A DNA stretch of 64,000 nt from a candidate division TM6 bacterium UASB340 (lineage in GTDB: Bacteria > Babelota > Babeliae > Babelales > UASB340), in assembly GCA_001468925.1 (NCBI GenBank), contig LDIX01000004.1, positions 77,715 to 141,714 on the forward strand, read 5' to 3'. The stretch's first letter is position 1; the number at the start of each line of letters is the position of its first letter. The notes beneath the pieces are model-generated. The model was not told the DNA's origin and searched no databases. It saw nothing but the letters and a program-made list of their open reading frames with translations. This document shows positions 25,296 through 35,067 of the stretch, piece by piece. The position numbers and the translations under genes are program-made.

Positions 25296-27398
25296 TTAAA
25301 TACCAATATCTTTTAAAAACGCTTCTTGATTTGGTTCTCGACCAAGAAAATCTTTTAGCAAAATATCCGGGTCAACACTTCCACCTTTTCCCAAAACCAA
25401 ATTTATAAGTTTTTGGCCTATTTCAGGATTTAAAAGACCTGAATTTTTAATATTCTCAAACATATCAAGTGCAAAAACTTTGGACCACATATATCCATAA
25501 TATTTTGCAGAATAACCCATTAAATGTCCAAATGATGCCTGCATATGAGTTTCCGGCTCAAAACGAACATTTTTCATATATTTTTCGTAAAGATCTTTAT
25601 TTATTTTATCAATATTTTTATTCTGCCCACTCTTAAAACTCTCAAGAGAAAGTAATGATAATACAACCTGTCTTGTAACGAAATATCCTAAATCTAGTTT
25701 TTTTAATTCAAGTTTTTTATCTATCAATTCATCCGGTAACGATTGACCGGTTTTATAATGTGAACTTACAAGCTTAAGCATCTCTTTATCCCACATCCAT
25801 TCTTCAAACATTTGAGATGGCAATTCTACAAAATCTCTTTTTACATTTGTTCCTGAAAAAGTTGCCAACTCTGTCTGCCCAAGTAATCCGTGCATAGCAT
25901 GACCAAACTCATGAAAAAATGTTTCAACGTCATTATGTTTTAAAAGAGCAGGCTTCTCTTTTGTGGCTTTTGGAAAATTTGCAATGACCATTATTACAGA
26001 TGGTACTTCATGATCTTTATGTTTTGTAGTTGGGATTATATCTATCATGCAAGCGTGTGAATATTTATTTTCTCTTGGATAAAGATCCAAAAATAAATAC
26101 CCCTTTAAATTTTCGCCATCTTTATCATAAATTTTTGCAACGAACACATCTTTATGCCATAAATCATTAACAGTAACCAATTCAAATTTTAAAGATAAAA
26201 ATTTTTGATAAATTTCAAAAATTTTATTAATTGTATTTTCCACAGGAAAATATTCAGATATAACTCTTTCATCAATATCAAAATATTTTTTCTTATATGA
26301 CTCTACAACAAAAGAATAATCCCATGGGCTCATCTTACCATTTGCATCTAAAACAACGCCTTCAGGCAAATCTTTTAAAAATAATTCAAATTCTTTATCC
26401 ATTTTAATTATAGTTTTATCTGCAAGTTCCGTTAAAAATTTTTCAGCTCGTTCGGGATTTTTTGCCATCTGTGAATCTATATCCAATGCAGCAAAACTTT
26501 CAAAACCCAATAATTTTGCAAGTTCATCTCGTTTGTTTATAACCAAATTTAGATTTTCGATATTTTTAGGATATGCTCTATTTTGAAACAAAAAATATAA
26601 CTTTTTTCTTGTATTTGAATTTGTACAATTTTTTATTATTTCAAAATATGTAGGATAATCACATTTTAAAATATATTTTCCATTTTCAGTTTTACTTAGT
26701 GCATTTATAAAATCAGGCGTCATGCCGGATAACTCAAACTCTTCAACTTCTATAAAACTATTATCTGCATTAACATTTTTATCAAATTCCGATCTATATT
26801 CAGAAATCTCTTTTTTCAATTCTTTTATTTGTAAAAATTTATCTTCAGCAAGATCAAAACCACTTCGCTTATAATCTTTCATCGATTCTTCTAAAAAATA
26901 TTTCTCTTGAGCGTTTAAATTTTCTTTTATCGAAATATTCTCTACATAAGCTTTAAATGAATTATAAATATCTTTATTAAAAAAATTTTCGATACTAAAT
27001 TTTTCAAGTTCTATTGAAATATCATGACAAGCCTGTCTAATTTGATTATCAGGGCAAACAAACTCATAAGTTTGTAAAGCATTAATTCCAGCTCCAAAAT
27101 TAGCCTCCAATACATCAAGCGCTCTAGCAGTATTATCAAATGTTCTATCTTCCGGTTTTATATTTAAAAAATCTTTTATACCGGTTAAAGCAAGCTCTTT
27201 TAAATATTCAGATCTTGCTTTAATATCTGCTACCGATTTTGGAAACAAATTTACAACATCATTTATATCTTTAAATTTTCCGGAAATAATTTCTTTATAA
27301 TCCTGCATATTTATAACATCTTTCGAGCTGTTCAAAAAAGAACAACCGGATAAAATTAAAACCAAACCCCAAATAAAACTTTTCTTAAACTCAATCAC
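25296..27398 (-). CDS. M3-family zinc oligopeptidase (thimet oligopeptidase / oligopeptidase A-like), lipoprotein
   Basis: 700 aa. FHEFGHAMHGLL (HEXXH) and lipobox LILSGC. Confidence 0.85.
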   Translation of the reverse strand: MIEFKKSFIWGLVLILSGCSFLNSSKDVINMQDYKEIISGKFKDINDVVNLFPKSVADIKARSEYLKELALTGIKDFLNIKPEDRTFDNTARALDVLEANFGAGINALQTYEFVCPDNQIRQACHDISIELEKFSIENFFNKDIYNSFKAYVENISIKENLNAQEKYFLEESMKDYKRSGFDLAEDKFLQIKELKKEISEYRSEFDKNVNADNSFIEVEEFELSGMTPDFINALSKTENGKYILKCDYPTYFEIIKNCTNSNTRKKLYFLFQNRAYPKNIENLNLVINKRDELAKLLGFESFAALDIDSQMAKNPERAEKFLTELADKTIIKMDKEFELFLKDLPEGVVLDANGKMSPWDYSFVVESYKKKYFDIDERVISEYFPVENTINKIFEIYQKFLSLKFELVTVNDLWHKDVFVAKIYDKDGENLKGYLFLDLYPRENKYSHACMIDIIPTTKHKDHEVPSVIMVIANFPKATKEKPALLKHNDVETFFHEFGHAMHGLLGQTELATFSGTNVKRDFVELPSQMFEEWMWDKEMLKLVSSHYKTGQSLPDELIDKKLELKKLDLGYFVTRQVVLSLLSLESFKSGQNKNIDKINKDLYEKYMKNVRFEPETHMQASFGHLMGYSAKYYGYMWSKVFALDMFENIKNSGLLNPEIGQKLINLVLGKGGSVDPDILLKDFLGREPNQEAFLKDIGI

Positions 27399-27413
27399 AT
27401 TAAACCCTTTTTA

Positions 27414-27444
27414 AATAAAAAAAGACCGGCAATAAATACCGGTC
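27414..27444 (-). terminator. Rho-independent terminator after the 27470 gene
   Basis: GACCGG / CCGGTC stem (27424-27429 and 27439-27444). A T-run follows on the minus strand (complement of 27417-27423). Confidence 0.7.
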
Positions 27445-27469
27445 CTTAGTATAATAAATTTTACCAAAA

Positions 27470-28714
27470 CTAAAAATCCATATAATCAACTTGATTTATA
27501 TCCATCGCAGAAATATTTCCCAACTCCGGATCAATTACGACCTGAGATGGGTCATAAAACGATTCAGCTTTATCAACACCGTCAAGATCATCAAATTTTC
27601 TTATTATAAGTTCAAAAGGTATGCCGATAGAATCAAAATAAGGCAATAACACCGGCTTAATTTTATCAACCAAGCTGTTCCAATTTTTTCTAATTCCCTT
27701 AATTCTTCTTAAAAATCCCCAAGTTCTTTTCTGTGTATCCGTTAAGATTTTATTATATTCCGGCAAAGATTTTGTAAAATTTTTTATAGCTTCAGCTTTT
27801 TCTTTATTATTTTTTGCTTGTATAATTTTTAAATTTAAATCTTGGCCCTGCTGAGTTTTTAAAAATTTTTCTCTGGCAATATAATATTCTATTGCAGTTT
27901 TAAGACCAATAGCAGCAGATATTTTTGATATATCTTTCCAGTTATTGGTTTCTATTAAATCTTGACTGTTAATTTGAGATTTATCTTTTAATTCTATTGA
28001 AAAATCATAATTCGAAATTTCTTTAAACAAGTTCCATTGATCATCAAAATAGTCTTTTAAACTTTTTTGCGCAATTTTTATATTTGATATAATTTTTGCA
28101 AAAAAATTATCAGTACCGAATAAAGAGTCAATTCCATCAAAATCTTTAACAAGCGATAGTTTATAAAACAAAAAAAATAATTCTTGGGAAAATTGCGTAG
28201 ATATTATTATATTATTTTTATAATCATTAAATAACAAAATTAATTTAATTAAAAATTCATTTTTAGGTTCTATATCCATCAACGATTTAAACCCAAGTTT
28301 GATCAAGCTATTTCTAATTACTAAATTTAACCACTCGGGAGAGTCAACAATACTTATTTTTGTTGCAAATCCTGTGAATGGTTGTATTAAATCTCCGTGG
28401 CCCAAATAACCAAAATCAAACAAAAGTTCTCCGGTATCCACTTTTTGTAATTTTAAAGCAGTCGAATTTAAATAACTTGTAGATTGTAGATCAAGTCCAA
28501 CTTTAAATGTTGCAAAACTACTCAATAAATCTTGAGCTTTATAAAGACCCTGTCTGGCTTTTTCTATTTCACCGGTTATTATTTCATTAATACTCGGAAA
28601 ACCTGCGGCTTCTTTTTTTATCACAGTATCAACATCCGCCGATGGCATTTGTAAAAAACAATAATTTAAATTTAAAAAATTTAAAATTACAAAAATATAA
28701 AAATTTTTTTTCAT
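27470..28714 (-). CDS. Hypothetical secreted protein, paralogous at its C-terminus to the upstream gene
   Basis: Start moved to ATG 28714, 4 nt after AGGAG; the track's TTG start lies inside a terminator hairpin. Signal-like MKKNFYIFVILNFLNLNYCFL. C-terminus is LRRIK...KPVLLPYFDSIGIPFE...VDYMDF. Confidence 0.6.
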   Translation of the reverse strand: MKKNFYIFVILNFLNLNYCFLQMPSADVDTVIKKEAAGFPSINEIITGEIEKARQGLYKAQDLLSSFATFKVGLDLQSTSYLNSTALKLQKVDTGELLFDFGYLGHGDLIQPFTGFATKISIVDSPEWLNLVIRNSLIKLGFKSLMDIEPKNEFLIKLILLFNDYKNNIIISTQFSQELFFLFYKLSLVKDFDGIDSLFGTDNFFAKIISNIKIAQKSLKDYFDDQWNLFKEISNYDFSIELKDKSQINSQDLIETNNWKDISKISAAIGLKTAIEYYIAREKFLKTQQGQDLNLKIIQAKNNKEKAEAIKNFTKSLPEYNKILTDTQKRTWGFLRRIKGIRKNWNSLVDKIKPVLLPYFDSIGIPFELIIRKFDDLDGVDKAESFYDPSQVVIDPELGNISAMDINQVDYMDF

Positions 28715-28723
28715 ACCGCTCCT

Positions 28724-28760
28724 AAAAAAATAGGCCACCAAGAAATTAATTCCGGTGGCC
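28724..28760 (-). terminator. Terminator-like hairpin between the two paralogues
   Basis: GGCCACC (28733-28739) and GGTGGCC (28754-28760) with a 14-nt loop. On the minus strand it is followed by TATTTTTTT, then the SD of the next gene. Confidence 0.55.
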
Positions 28761-28783
28761 CATCTTTAGTTAAAAATTATAAG

Positions 28784-30928
28784 CTAAAAATCTAAAGAGC
28801 CAAAATCTCTATTCATATCAAAATCTGAAACACTCATTCCGGCACCCTGTTCTTCTACAAAGAATGAAATTTCAACAGGAGAAGATGAATCTTTTAAATC
28901 CTCTTCTACCGTAACACTAGGAAAAGGAATTCCAATAGATGCATACATAGACGCCAAAGCATCTATTACCGGTTTAACATTTTTTATACGTCTTAATAAA
29001 ATATTCAAGTCTGAAAGCATTGCATCATATGGAGATTTTTGTTTACCTGCAATGTCTAAATTAATACCTCTTGAAACATCAAAAAGATATGCACCCTTTG
29101 CTTTTGTCGTAGCATCTTTAGCTTTCAAATAATCATTTCTTAAAGTAATATAATTTTCAGCCTTTTTATCTGCAGTCATAAATGCAACCTGGGCTTTTTG
29201 TTCAGCCCATACTAATCCTGAGCCCTCTTTTGTAAATTTGTTAATACTTCTATCATAAAGCCCTGCAACACCAACTTTATCTGCAAATGCTTTTGGCCCA
29301 AGATTTACTTGTTTATTATCTATTGTAACTGTAGTATCACTTCCCGGTGCCGACACTTTGGCTGTTGCAACTTTTATATCTTTATAAAATCTATATAATA
29401 AACCTAATAATATTTCTATAGCTTGTTTGTTTGTTAATTCAGATAAATCAAAAATATAACCCTGTTCTCCAAGATGTTTATAATTTAAAAATTTATTAAT
29501 TTTTTTCTTAAAATATCCAAGATATTTAATTAAATTTAATTTTTTATCAAATAATCCTGAATTATCTTTCATACCAATAATATCAGATTGATTATCCAAA
29601 ATTTTAAAATTTACACTGTTTTTTAGTTTTTTAAATTGGTCTATTATTTGCTTTTTCCAATTGCCCAATTCACCAGGAATCGAAATTTTTGATAATATTT
29701 CAATAAAATCATTAATAATTGAATCAAGTTGTTTTCTTACAACTTGTTTATTTTTTGCTTCATCAAATTTTTGGGTTAGCTGCAAAATAGTAACATATGT
29801 TTTTAATACATCCGTAGCGGTTTTTATATTTTTAAATTCCGGAACAACATTTTGTATGAAATAATATGTTTTTGAATCAATTGTTCCTCGTCTCCACGTA
29901 TCGGACAATTTTACCAAATAATCACTTACTCCATCTTGAATATTATAATATTCATCTAAAGAGACACTTAATGGCAATTTATTAATAATATCTTTTATAA
30001 AGCTTGGAATTATTTCATTTAAAACTTCAGGATCACTGTATGTCACAAATTTTGTCCAGGTTATCCAAGGTTTTAATAATTTTTGCCCGGTTTCATCCGT
30101 ATAAAAATTTTCTTCTAAAATTTTACTCTTATCCCAATCGGCAGTATTTAAAAATTTGGTAAAAAAGAAAGGTATTGTTTGTGTTAATTTTGCTTTTTCA
30201 TTTGGAATATAAGTTTTTAAAAGTAAAGCCAATTTTATACAAGCAACATGTATTGGCTTTAAATACCCAATGCCATTTTCGATATAAAGCATTTTTTCAA
30301 ATGGCGCAAAAACAGGATTAAATAATTTTCTAGTCTGTTCAAAAAAGTTGCCTATAGCCTTTATACCTAAAATAATTTTTTCATTTTCCGTTAAATCAAC
30401 ATTTAAAAGCATATTAAATAAACGAGCTTCATTAAAATCAACAGCTCCAAAAGTTATTTGTTTAACAGCATTGGTAAAAGTATCCATTTTTGGAATTTTT
30501 AATTGCCCTATGGTTGGAGACTTGAAAAGAATTGGTGCAGGATTAAATCCCTTATCAACAATTTGAATACCCGGTTCAATTGGAATTATGGCTTCTATAC
30601 TACCCCTATCTCCCGGTAAATTAATTTTAATTTCAATAACGGCACTATCTACATTTAAATTATTTATAGCTTCTTTAATTTTTTCTGCAGAATTTTTTAA
30701 AGTATCTTTTATAGAATTAAAAACACTAACGGATTCATTCTCAAGTTTTTCAGGAACTTTTACTTCTTCAGGCTGTATTTCCGGTTGTACAACGGGATCT
30801 GTAACCATTTGAGTATTTGTTTGATCTGTCGCTTGACCTGAACCGGCATCCATAGCAATTAAATTTTTATCCAAACAAAAACAACTAAATAATAGTAAAA
30901 AAATTAAAGACTTATTATAACTCTTCAT
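28784..30928 (-). CDS. Hypothetical large secreted protein
   Basis: Start placed at ATG 30928, 6 nt after AAGGAG. Signal-like MKSYNKSLIFLLLFSCFCL. C-terminus is LLRRIKNVKPVIDALASMYASIGIPFP...NRDFGSLDF. Confidence 0.6.
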   Translation of the reverse strand: MKSYNKSLIFLLLFSCFCLDKNLIAMDAGSGQATDQTNTQMVTDPVVQPEIQPEEVKVPEKLENESVSVFNSIKDTLKNSAEKIKEAINNLNVDSAVIEIKINLPGDRGSIEAIIPIEPGIQIVDKGFNPAPILFKSPTIGQLKIPKMDTFTNAVKQITFGAVDFNEARLFNMLLNVDLTENEKIILGIKAIGNFFEQTRKLFNPVFAPFEKMLYIENGIGYLKPIHVACIKLALLLKTYIPNEKAKLTQTIPFFFTKFLNTADWDKSKILEENFYTDETGQKLLKPWITWTKFVTYSDPEVLNEIIPSFIKDIINKLPLSVSLDEYYNIQDGVSDYLVKLSDTWRRGTIDSKTYYFIQNVVPEFKNIKTATDVLKTYVTILQLTQKFDEAKNKQVVRKQLDSIINDFIEILSKISIPGELGNWKKQIIDQFKKLKNSVNFKILDNQSDIIGMKDNSGLFDKKLNLIKYLGYFKKKINKFLNYKHLGEQGYIFDLSELTNKQAIEILLGLLYRFYKDIKVATAKVSAPGSDTTVTIDNKQVNLGPKAFADKVGVAGLYDRSINKFTKEGSGLVWAEQKAQVAFMTADKKAENYITLRNDYLKAKDATTKAKGAYLFDVSRGINLDIAGKQKSPYDAMLSDLNILLRRIKNVKPVIDALASMYASIGIPFPSVTVEEDLKDSSSPVEISFFVEEQGAGMSVSDFDMNRDFGSLDF

Positions 30929-30938
30929 TAAAATCTCC

Positions 30939-31148
30939 TTAATTTGACATTTCACACTTTAAAAATAAAGAAATTAAACAATATATGCCGGATAAGGCAA
31001 CAAGCGCATAAATAGCCATATTTAAATATGGAACCGGAATATATTTACACAATAATTCAACCAAATTTATTCTCAAAAAAGCTACAAACCCCCAATTAAT
31101 AGCTCCAATAGATGCTAACGATATCTGAAAAATATCAAATTTTTTCAT
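30939..31148 (-). CDS. DUF378-family small membrane protein
   Basis: 69 aa. IASIGAINWGFVAFLRINLVELL is characteristic of DUF378 (YuzA-like). Confidence 0.7.
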   Translation of the reverse strand: MKKFDIFQISLASIGAINWGFVAFLRINLVELLCKYIPVPYLNMAIYALVALSGIYCLISLFLKCEMSN

Positions 31149-31176
31149 AGAAATCTCCCTTTCTAAATATATAATT

Positions 31177-31227
31177 TTACAAATAAATTCTGTATTGTAT
31201 TAAAACAATTATAAAATTTATTTGTAA
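31177..31227. repeat. 13-14-bp perfect AT-rich inverted repeat (TTACAAATAAATT ... AATTTATTTGTAA) with a 25-nt spacer
   Basis: Read directly. Lies between two co-oriented minus-strand genes. Function unknown. Confidence 0.5.
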
Positions 31228-31242
31228 AGTATTTAGATAATT

Positions 31243-31833
31243 TTAATTTTTAACCATTTCCATTATACTTTTCTTAAGACCGGCAATATCAAAAGATTCC
31301 ATTGACAACAAGCTTAGTCCGGACGAATCAAAATAAAGAGTTTCATTTTTTATTTGAAGCGATTTGGATTTGCAAAATAAAATTACCGGAAATTTAATAT
31401 TATTTTCGTCAAAAGTGATATTGTTAGCGTTTATAAATAATTTAATTAATCCAAACAAATCTTTATTTTTTGATTCATCTATTGATAAAAAAGTTATCTT
31501 ATCAGCAAAAAAATCTGCCAATTCATGATAATTTTTTTTAAAATTATTTTTTTGAGAATATATGTAAAAAATAAGAGGCAAATTTTTTTGAATTGTAAAA
31601 TATAAAAACTCAGGAACAGTTCTTAGATAAAAAACATTGGAAATAGTTCCATCTTCTTTTTTTTCTTTTAAAAGTTGAATCTTTTGAGGTTGATTTACAG
31701 CTAATTTATTTGATGAAACATCAAATAAATTGGATATGAACAAATCATGTTCAGGCGGCTGATATGAATCTATTTTAAATATAAAAAAAACAAATAAGAA
31801 TATTATGAATTTCGATACAATACGAACTTTCAT
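31243..31833 (-). CDS. Hypothetical secreted protein
   Basis: 196 aa. Signal or anchor MKVRIVSKFIIFLFVFFIFKIDS. The start is preceded by GGGGGGCTTAGGG. Confidence 0.5.
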   Translation of the reverse strand: MKVRIVSKFIIFLFVFFIFKIDSYQPPEHDLFISNLFDVSSNKLAVNQPQKIQLLKEKKEDGTISNVFYLRTVPEFLYFTIQKNLPLIFYIYSQKNNFKKNYHELADFFADKITFLSIDESKNKDLFGLIKLFINANNITFDENNIKFPVILFCKSKSLQIKNETLYFDSSGLSLLSMESFDIAGLKKSIMEMVKN

Positions 31834-31913
31834 CCCTAAGCCCCCCTATCCCAAAAGCTTCCCCAAAAGTTTCTAGTCTATTTTAATAAAAACAAAATAG
31901 TTTTTACAAGAAT

Positions 31914-32615
31914 TTATAAATTTTTCAAAATTTGCATCAACCGCTTGGCGCTTTCATGTTCCGGAAATAGATATAAAACTGTGTTTATTTCATTTTTTGC
32001 TGCCTTAATATTGGACAAATTATGATAAACAAGGGCAAGATAATAATGAGCATCTATATAATTTGGAGATAATTGAATCGCTTTTAAAAGTTTATTTTTT
32101 GCCAATTCATAATCATTTTTAAAAACGTAAACTTTACTTTGATTAAAAAGAGCAACTTCAGGCGTAAGATAATCTTTATTATTTATTAAATTTTGCCATA
32201 TATTGAATGCATAATCAATTTTATCGTTGTCATGATTAAGAATACCAACTTGGGCAAGCAAGCAAGCTTTATTATTAAAAATTTCGCATTTTAATTTTTC
32301 ATCTTTTGCTTTTTGTAAAGCGATATCAAACAAAGAATCTCCAAGTTCATCATAACCAAGCTCAAATAAAAGTGTCGCCTTAAATGCTAAATATTCAGTC
32401 TTTTGATCTATTTTTAGAGCTTCATCTATATAGTCAATCGCTTTTTTATATGCATATTGTTTGCCATTTTTTGTATCTTGAACTTCTTCAATAGCCATTT
32501 TGTAATAATTTTGTGCAAGTTTTTTATTTTCTTGTTTACTACAACCAATTATAAAAATTAATAAAAACAATATAAAAAAAGCATTAAATTTAAATTTACA
32601 GATTTTTATGTTCAA
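31914..32615 (-). CDS. TPR-repeat lipoprotein
   Basis: TTG start 7 nt after AAGGAG. Lipobox FIIGCS. Several 34-aa TPR-like repeats (AHYYLALVYHNLSNIKAAKNEINTVLYLFPEH). Confidence 0.7.
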   Translation of the reverse strand: MNIKICKFKFNAFFILFLLIFIIGCSKQENKKLAQNYYKMAIEEVQDTKNGKQYAYKKAIDYIDEALKIDQKTEYLAFKATLLFELGYDELGDSLFDIALQKAKDEKLKCEIFNNKACLLAQVGILNHDNDKIDYAFNIWQNLINNKDYLTPEVALFNQSKVYVFKNDYELAKNKLLKAIQLSPNYIDAHYYLALVYHNLSNIKAAKNEINTVLYLFPEHESAKRLMQILKNL

Positions 32616-32693
32616 GAAAATTCTCCTTTGTTATAATTTATAGTCATTTAAATTTTAGTATAATTTTGTTTTAGTTTTAAGGGAATTTTTTAA

Positions 32694-34142
32694 GTGGAAA
32701 ATATTTGGCAAAACTTTTTAAAAAACATAAAAGAAGAAGTCGGAAGCCAAACGGTCGAAACTTGGTTTAAGGCTGTATCCCTTGAAAAATTAAACCATGA
32801 AACAAACACTGTTTATTTAAATGCGCCAAATCAGTTTGTTAAAAATTGGCTAAAAGAACATTATTTAAATTTAATAACAAATAATCTTCAATCACTTTTA
32901 AAACTAAATAATTTAAATGTTGAATTTATAAGTCCCGAAGTAAAACAAATAAACAAAAAAAATATTATACCGGCATCGGTTATTCAGACAATAGAGACTC
33001 AAGCAACTGTAAATAAAAATCAAAATAGTAATATTGAAAATAATCCTAATAATTCAATAGAAAAATCGGAACCAAAATTAAATTTACCAACAAAAGAAAA
33101 TAATCTATTAAAAAAAACAAACAATTTAAATCCAAACTACAATTTTGATACTTTTATTGTTGGACCAAACAATTCTTTAGCTCATGCCGCAGGTTATGCA
33201 ATATGTCAAAATTTGGGAAAAGTATACAATCCATTATTTATATACGGTGGAACAGGCCTTGGTAAAACACATTTATTACACGCAATAGGAAATGAAGTTA
33301 AAAATAAAGACAATTCAAAAATAATTTTGTACCAAACAACGGATAAATTTACAAACGAATTTATAAGTGCGATCAGATTGGATAAAATTGCAATATTCAG
33401 GCAAAAATATCAAAAAATAGATCTTTTATTACTCGATGACATTCAATTTTTATCAAATAAAGAACAAACTCAAGAAATGTTTTTTCACATATTTAATTTA
33501 TTATATGAAGAAAAAAAACAAATAATTTTATCAAGCGACACTTTTCCAAAAGAAATTAAAGGTCTTCAGGCAAGATTAAAATCAAGACTCGAATGGGGAC
33601 TTGTTGTCGATATCCAAATGCCCGACCTTGAAACAAAAATAGCAATATTACAAAAAAAGGCTGAACAAAATGGAATAATTTTAACGGAGGATGTTGTAAA
33701 TTTTATTGCATCAAAAATAACATCCAATATACGAGAGCTTGAAGGATGTCTAATTCGAGTAAGTGCTTTTAGTACATTAACAAATAAACCAATTTCCTTA
33801 GATCTTGCAAAAAGAGTTTTACTTCATTTAAACGATAATAATAAAAAAGAAGGAATAATGCTTGAACGAGTTTTACATGTAACTGCATCTTATTATTCAA
33901 TGTCCATAAATGATTTAAGATCACAAAAAAGACAAAAGAATATAGCGTTAATCCGACAAGTTACTTTTTATATGATGAAAAAATTAACATTTTGTTCACT
34001 AAAAACAATTGGCGAATTTGTAGGTCAAAGAGATCATTCTACCGTATTGCACGCAATAACAAAAGTTGAACAAATGATAGAGCAAGATAGAGATTTTGCA
34101 AAAAAATTAAATAATATAGAACAAAAAATATTAACTTCATAA
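32694..34142 (+). CDS. dnaA: Chromosomal replication initiator DnaA
   Basis: 482 aa, GTG start. FDTFIVGPNNSLAHAA, Walker A GGTGLGKTHLLHAIG, LLLDDIQFL, SNIRELEG, C-terminal HTH DHSTVLHA. Confidence 0.97.
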   Translation: MENIWQNFLKNIKEEVGSQTVETWFKAVSLEKLNHETNTVYLNAPNQFVKNWLKEHYLNLITNNLQSLLKLNNLNVEFISPEVKQINKKNIIPASVIQTIETQATVNKNQNSNIENNPNNSIEKSEPKLNLPTKENNLLKKTNNLNPNYNFDTFIVGPNNSLAHAAGYAICQNLGKVYNPLFIYGGTGLGKTHLLHAIGNEVKNKDNSKIILYQTTDKFTNEFISAIRLDKIAIFRQKYQKIDLLLLDDIQFLSNKEQTQEMFFHIFNLLYEEKKQIILSSDTFPKEIKGLQARLKSRLEWGLVVDIQMPDLETKIAILQKKAEQNGIILTEDVVNFIASKITSNIRELEGCLIRVSAFSTLTNKPISLDLAKRVLLHLNDNNKKEGIMLERVLHVTASYYSMSINDLRSQKRQKNIALIRQVTFYMMKKLTFCSLKTIGEFVGQRDHSTVLHAITKVEQMIEQDRDFAKKLNNIEQKILTS

Positions 34143-34157
34143 ATTAAAGGAGAATAT

Positions 34158-35057
34158 GTGAAGCGAGTAAATATTTTTAATATCACATTATCAATAATTT
34201 TTACACTACTTATTTCAAGCTGTCTTAAAGATGGCCCACAGAATAAGAAAAATTTAAGTAATTCAAATCACGGAAAAAATGGCTATAAAGAATTAGACTT
34301 TTTAGTTGAAAATTTAACAGGCAAAACAATTTATGTTACATGCTTTTCTTACATAAAAAGACATGACTTTAATCGTTGGCGATGGGATAAATCACAAATT
34401 TACAAACTAAACGATAAAGAAAAAGCTGTAATCGATATTGATACAATAGAAGACCAAGAGACAAGAGAAAATGTTTATGCATCACTGGCAATATTTGATA
34501 ATAAAAAAGACGCCCAAGAAAGTACGTTTGAATTATTGGATGAAAACAACAGGCTTGATCTCGATAAAATTTACAAATTAAAAAATAAAGTGGTAAAATT
34601 GGGTGTGGAAAAGTACGGATTTAAAAAAGACATACTCATAAACACTATAGAAAATATAGAAAATAATAATACAATATCTCAAAATGAATTGGATTTTTTA
34701 GTTAGAAACAATACGGGAAAAAATGTTTATATTTGTTGCTTTGTATATCAAAAAAAAGAAAATGATCTGGTTTGGAGATATGATAAAACAGATATAAAAC
34801 TACTTGAAAGAGATCAAACTATGCTTGTAGATATAGACACAATGGACAATGAAGAGAACAGAAATTTATCAAAAGGATATCTAGCAATTTTCAACGAAGA
34901 AGATAAAGAAGCAGCCGAAAAATCTACGTTTGAACTTTTACCTGTAAACAATAAAATAACATTAGGATATTTACACCAACTTAAAAATAAAACTGTCGAA
35001 TTGGAAATAGAAAGATACGGTATTTTAGATGATTTTTTTGAATACTCTATTAAATAG
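34158..35057 (+). CDS. Lipoprotein built from two tandem copies of an uncharacterised ~115-aa domain
   Basis: GTG start, lipobox LISSCL. Repeat 1 is ELDFLVENLTGKTIYVTCFSY...STFELLDENN...LKNKVVKLGVEKYG. Repeat 2 is ELDFLVRNNTGKNVYICCFVY...STFELLPVNN...LKNKTVELEIERYG. Confidence 0.65.
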   Translation: MKRVNIFNITLSIIFTLLISSCLKDGPQNKKNLSNSNHGKNGYKELDFLVENLTGKTIYVTCFSYIKRHDFNRWRWDKSQIYKLNDKEKAVIDIDTIEDQETRENVYASLAIFDNKKDAQESTFELLDENNRLDLDKIYKLKNKVVKLGVEKYGFKKDILINTIENIENNNTISQNELDFLVRNNTGKNVYICCFVYQKKENDLVWRYDKTDIKLLERDQTMLVDIDTMDNEENRNLSKGYLAIFNEEDKEAAEKSTFELLPVNNKITLGYLHQLKNKTVELEIERYGILDDFFEYSIK

Positions 35058-35067
35058 TAATTAACAT

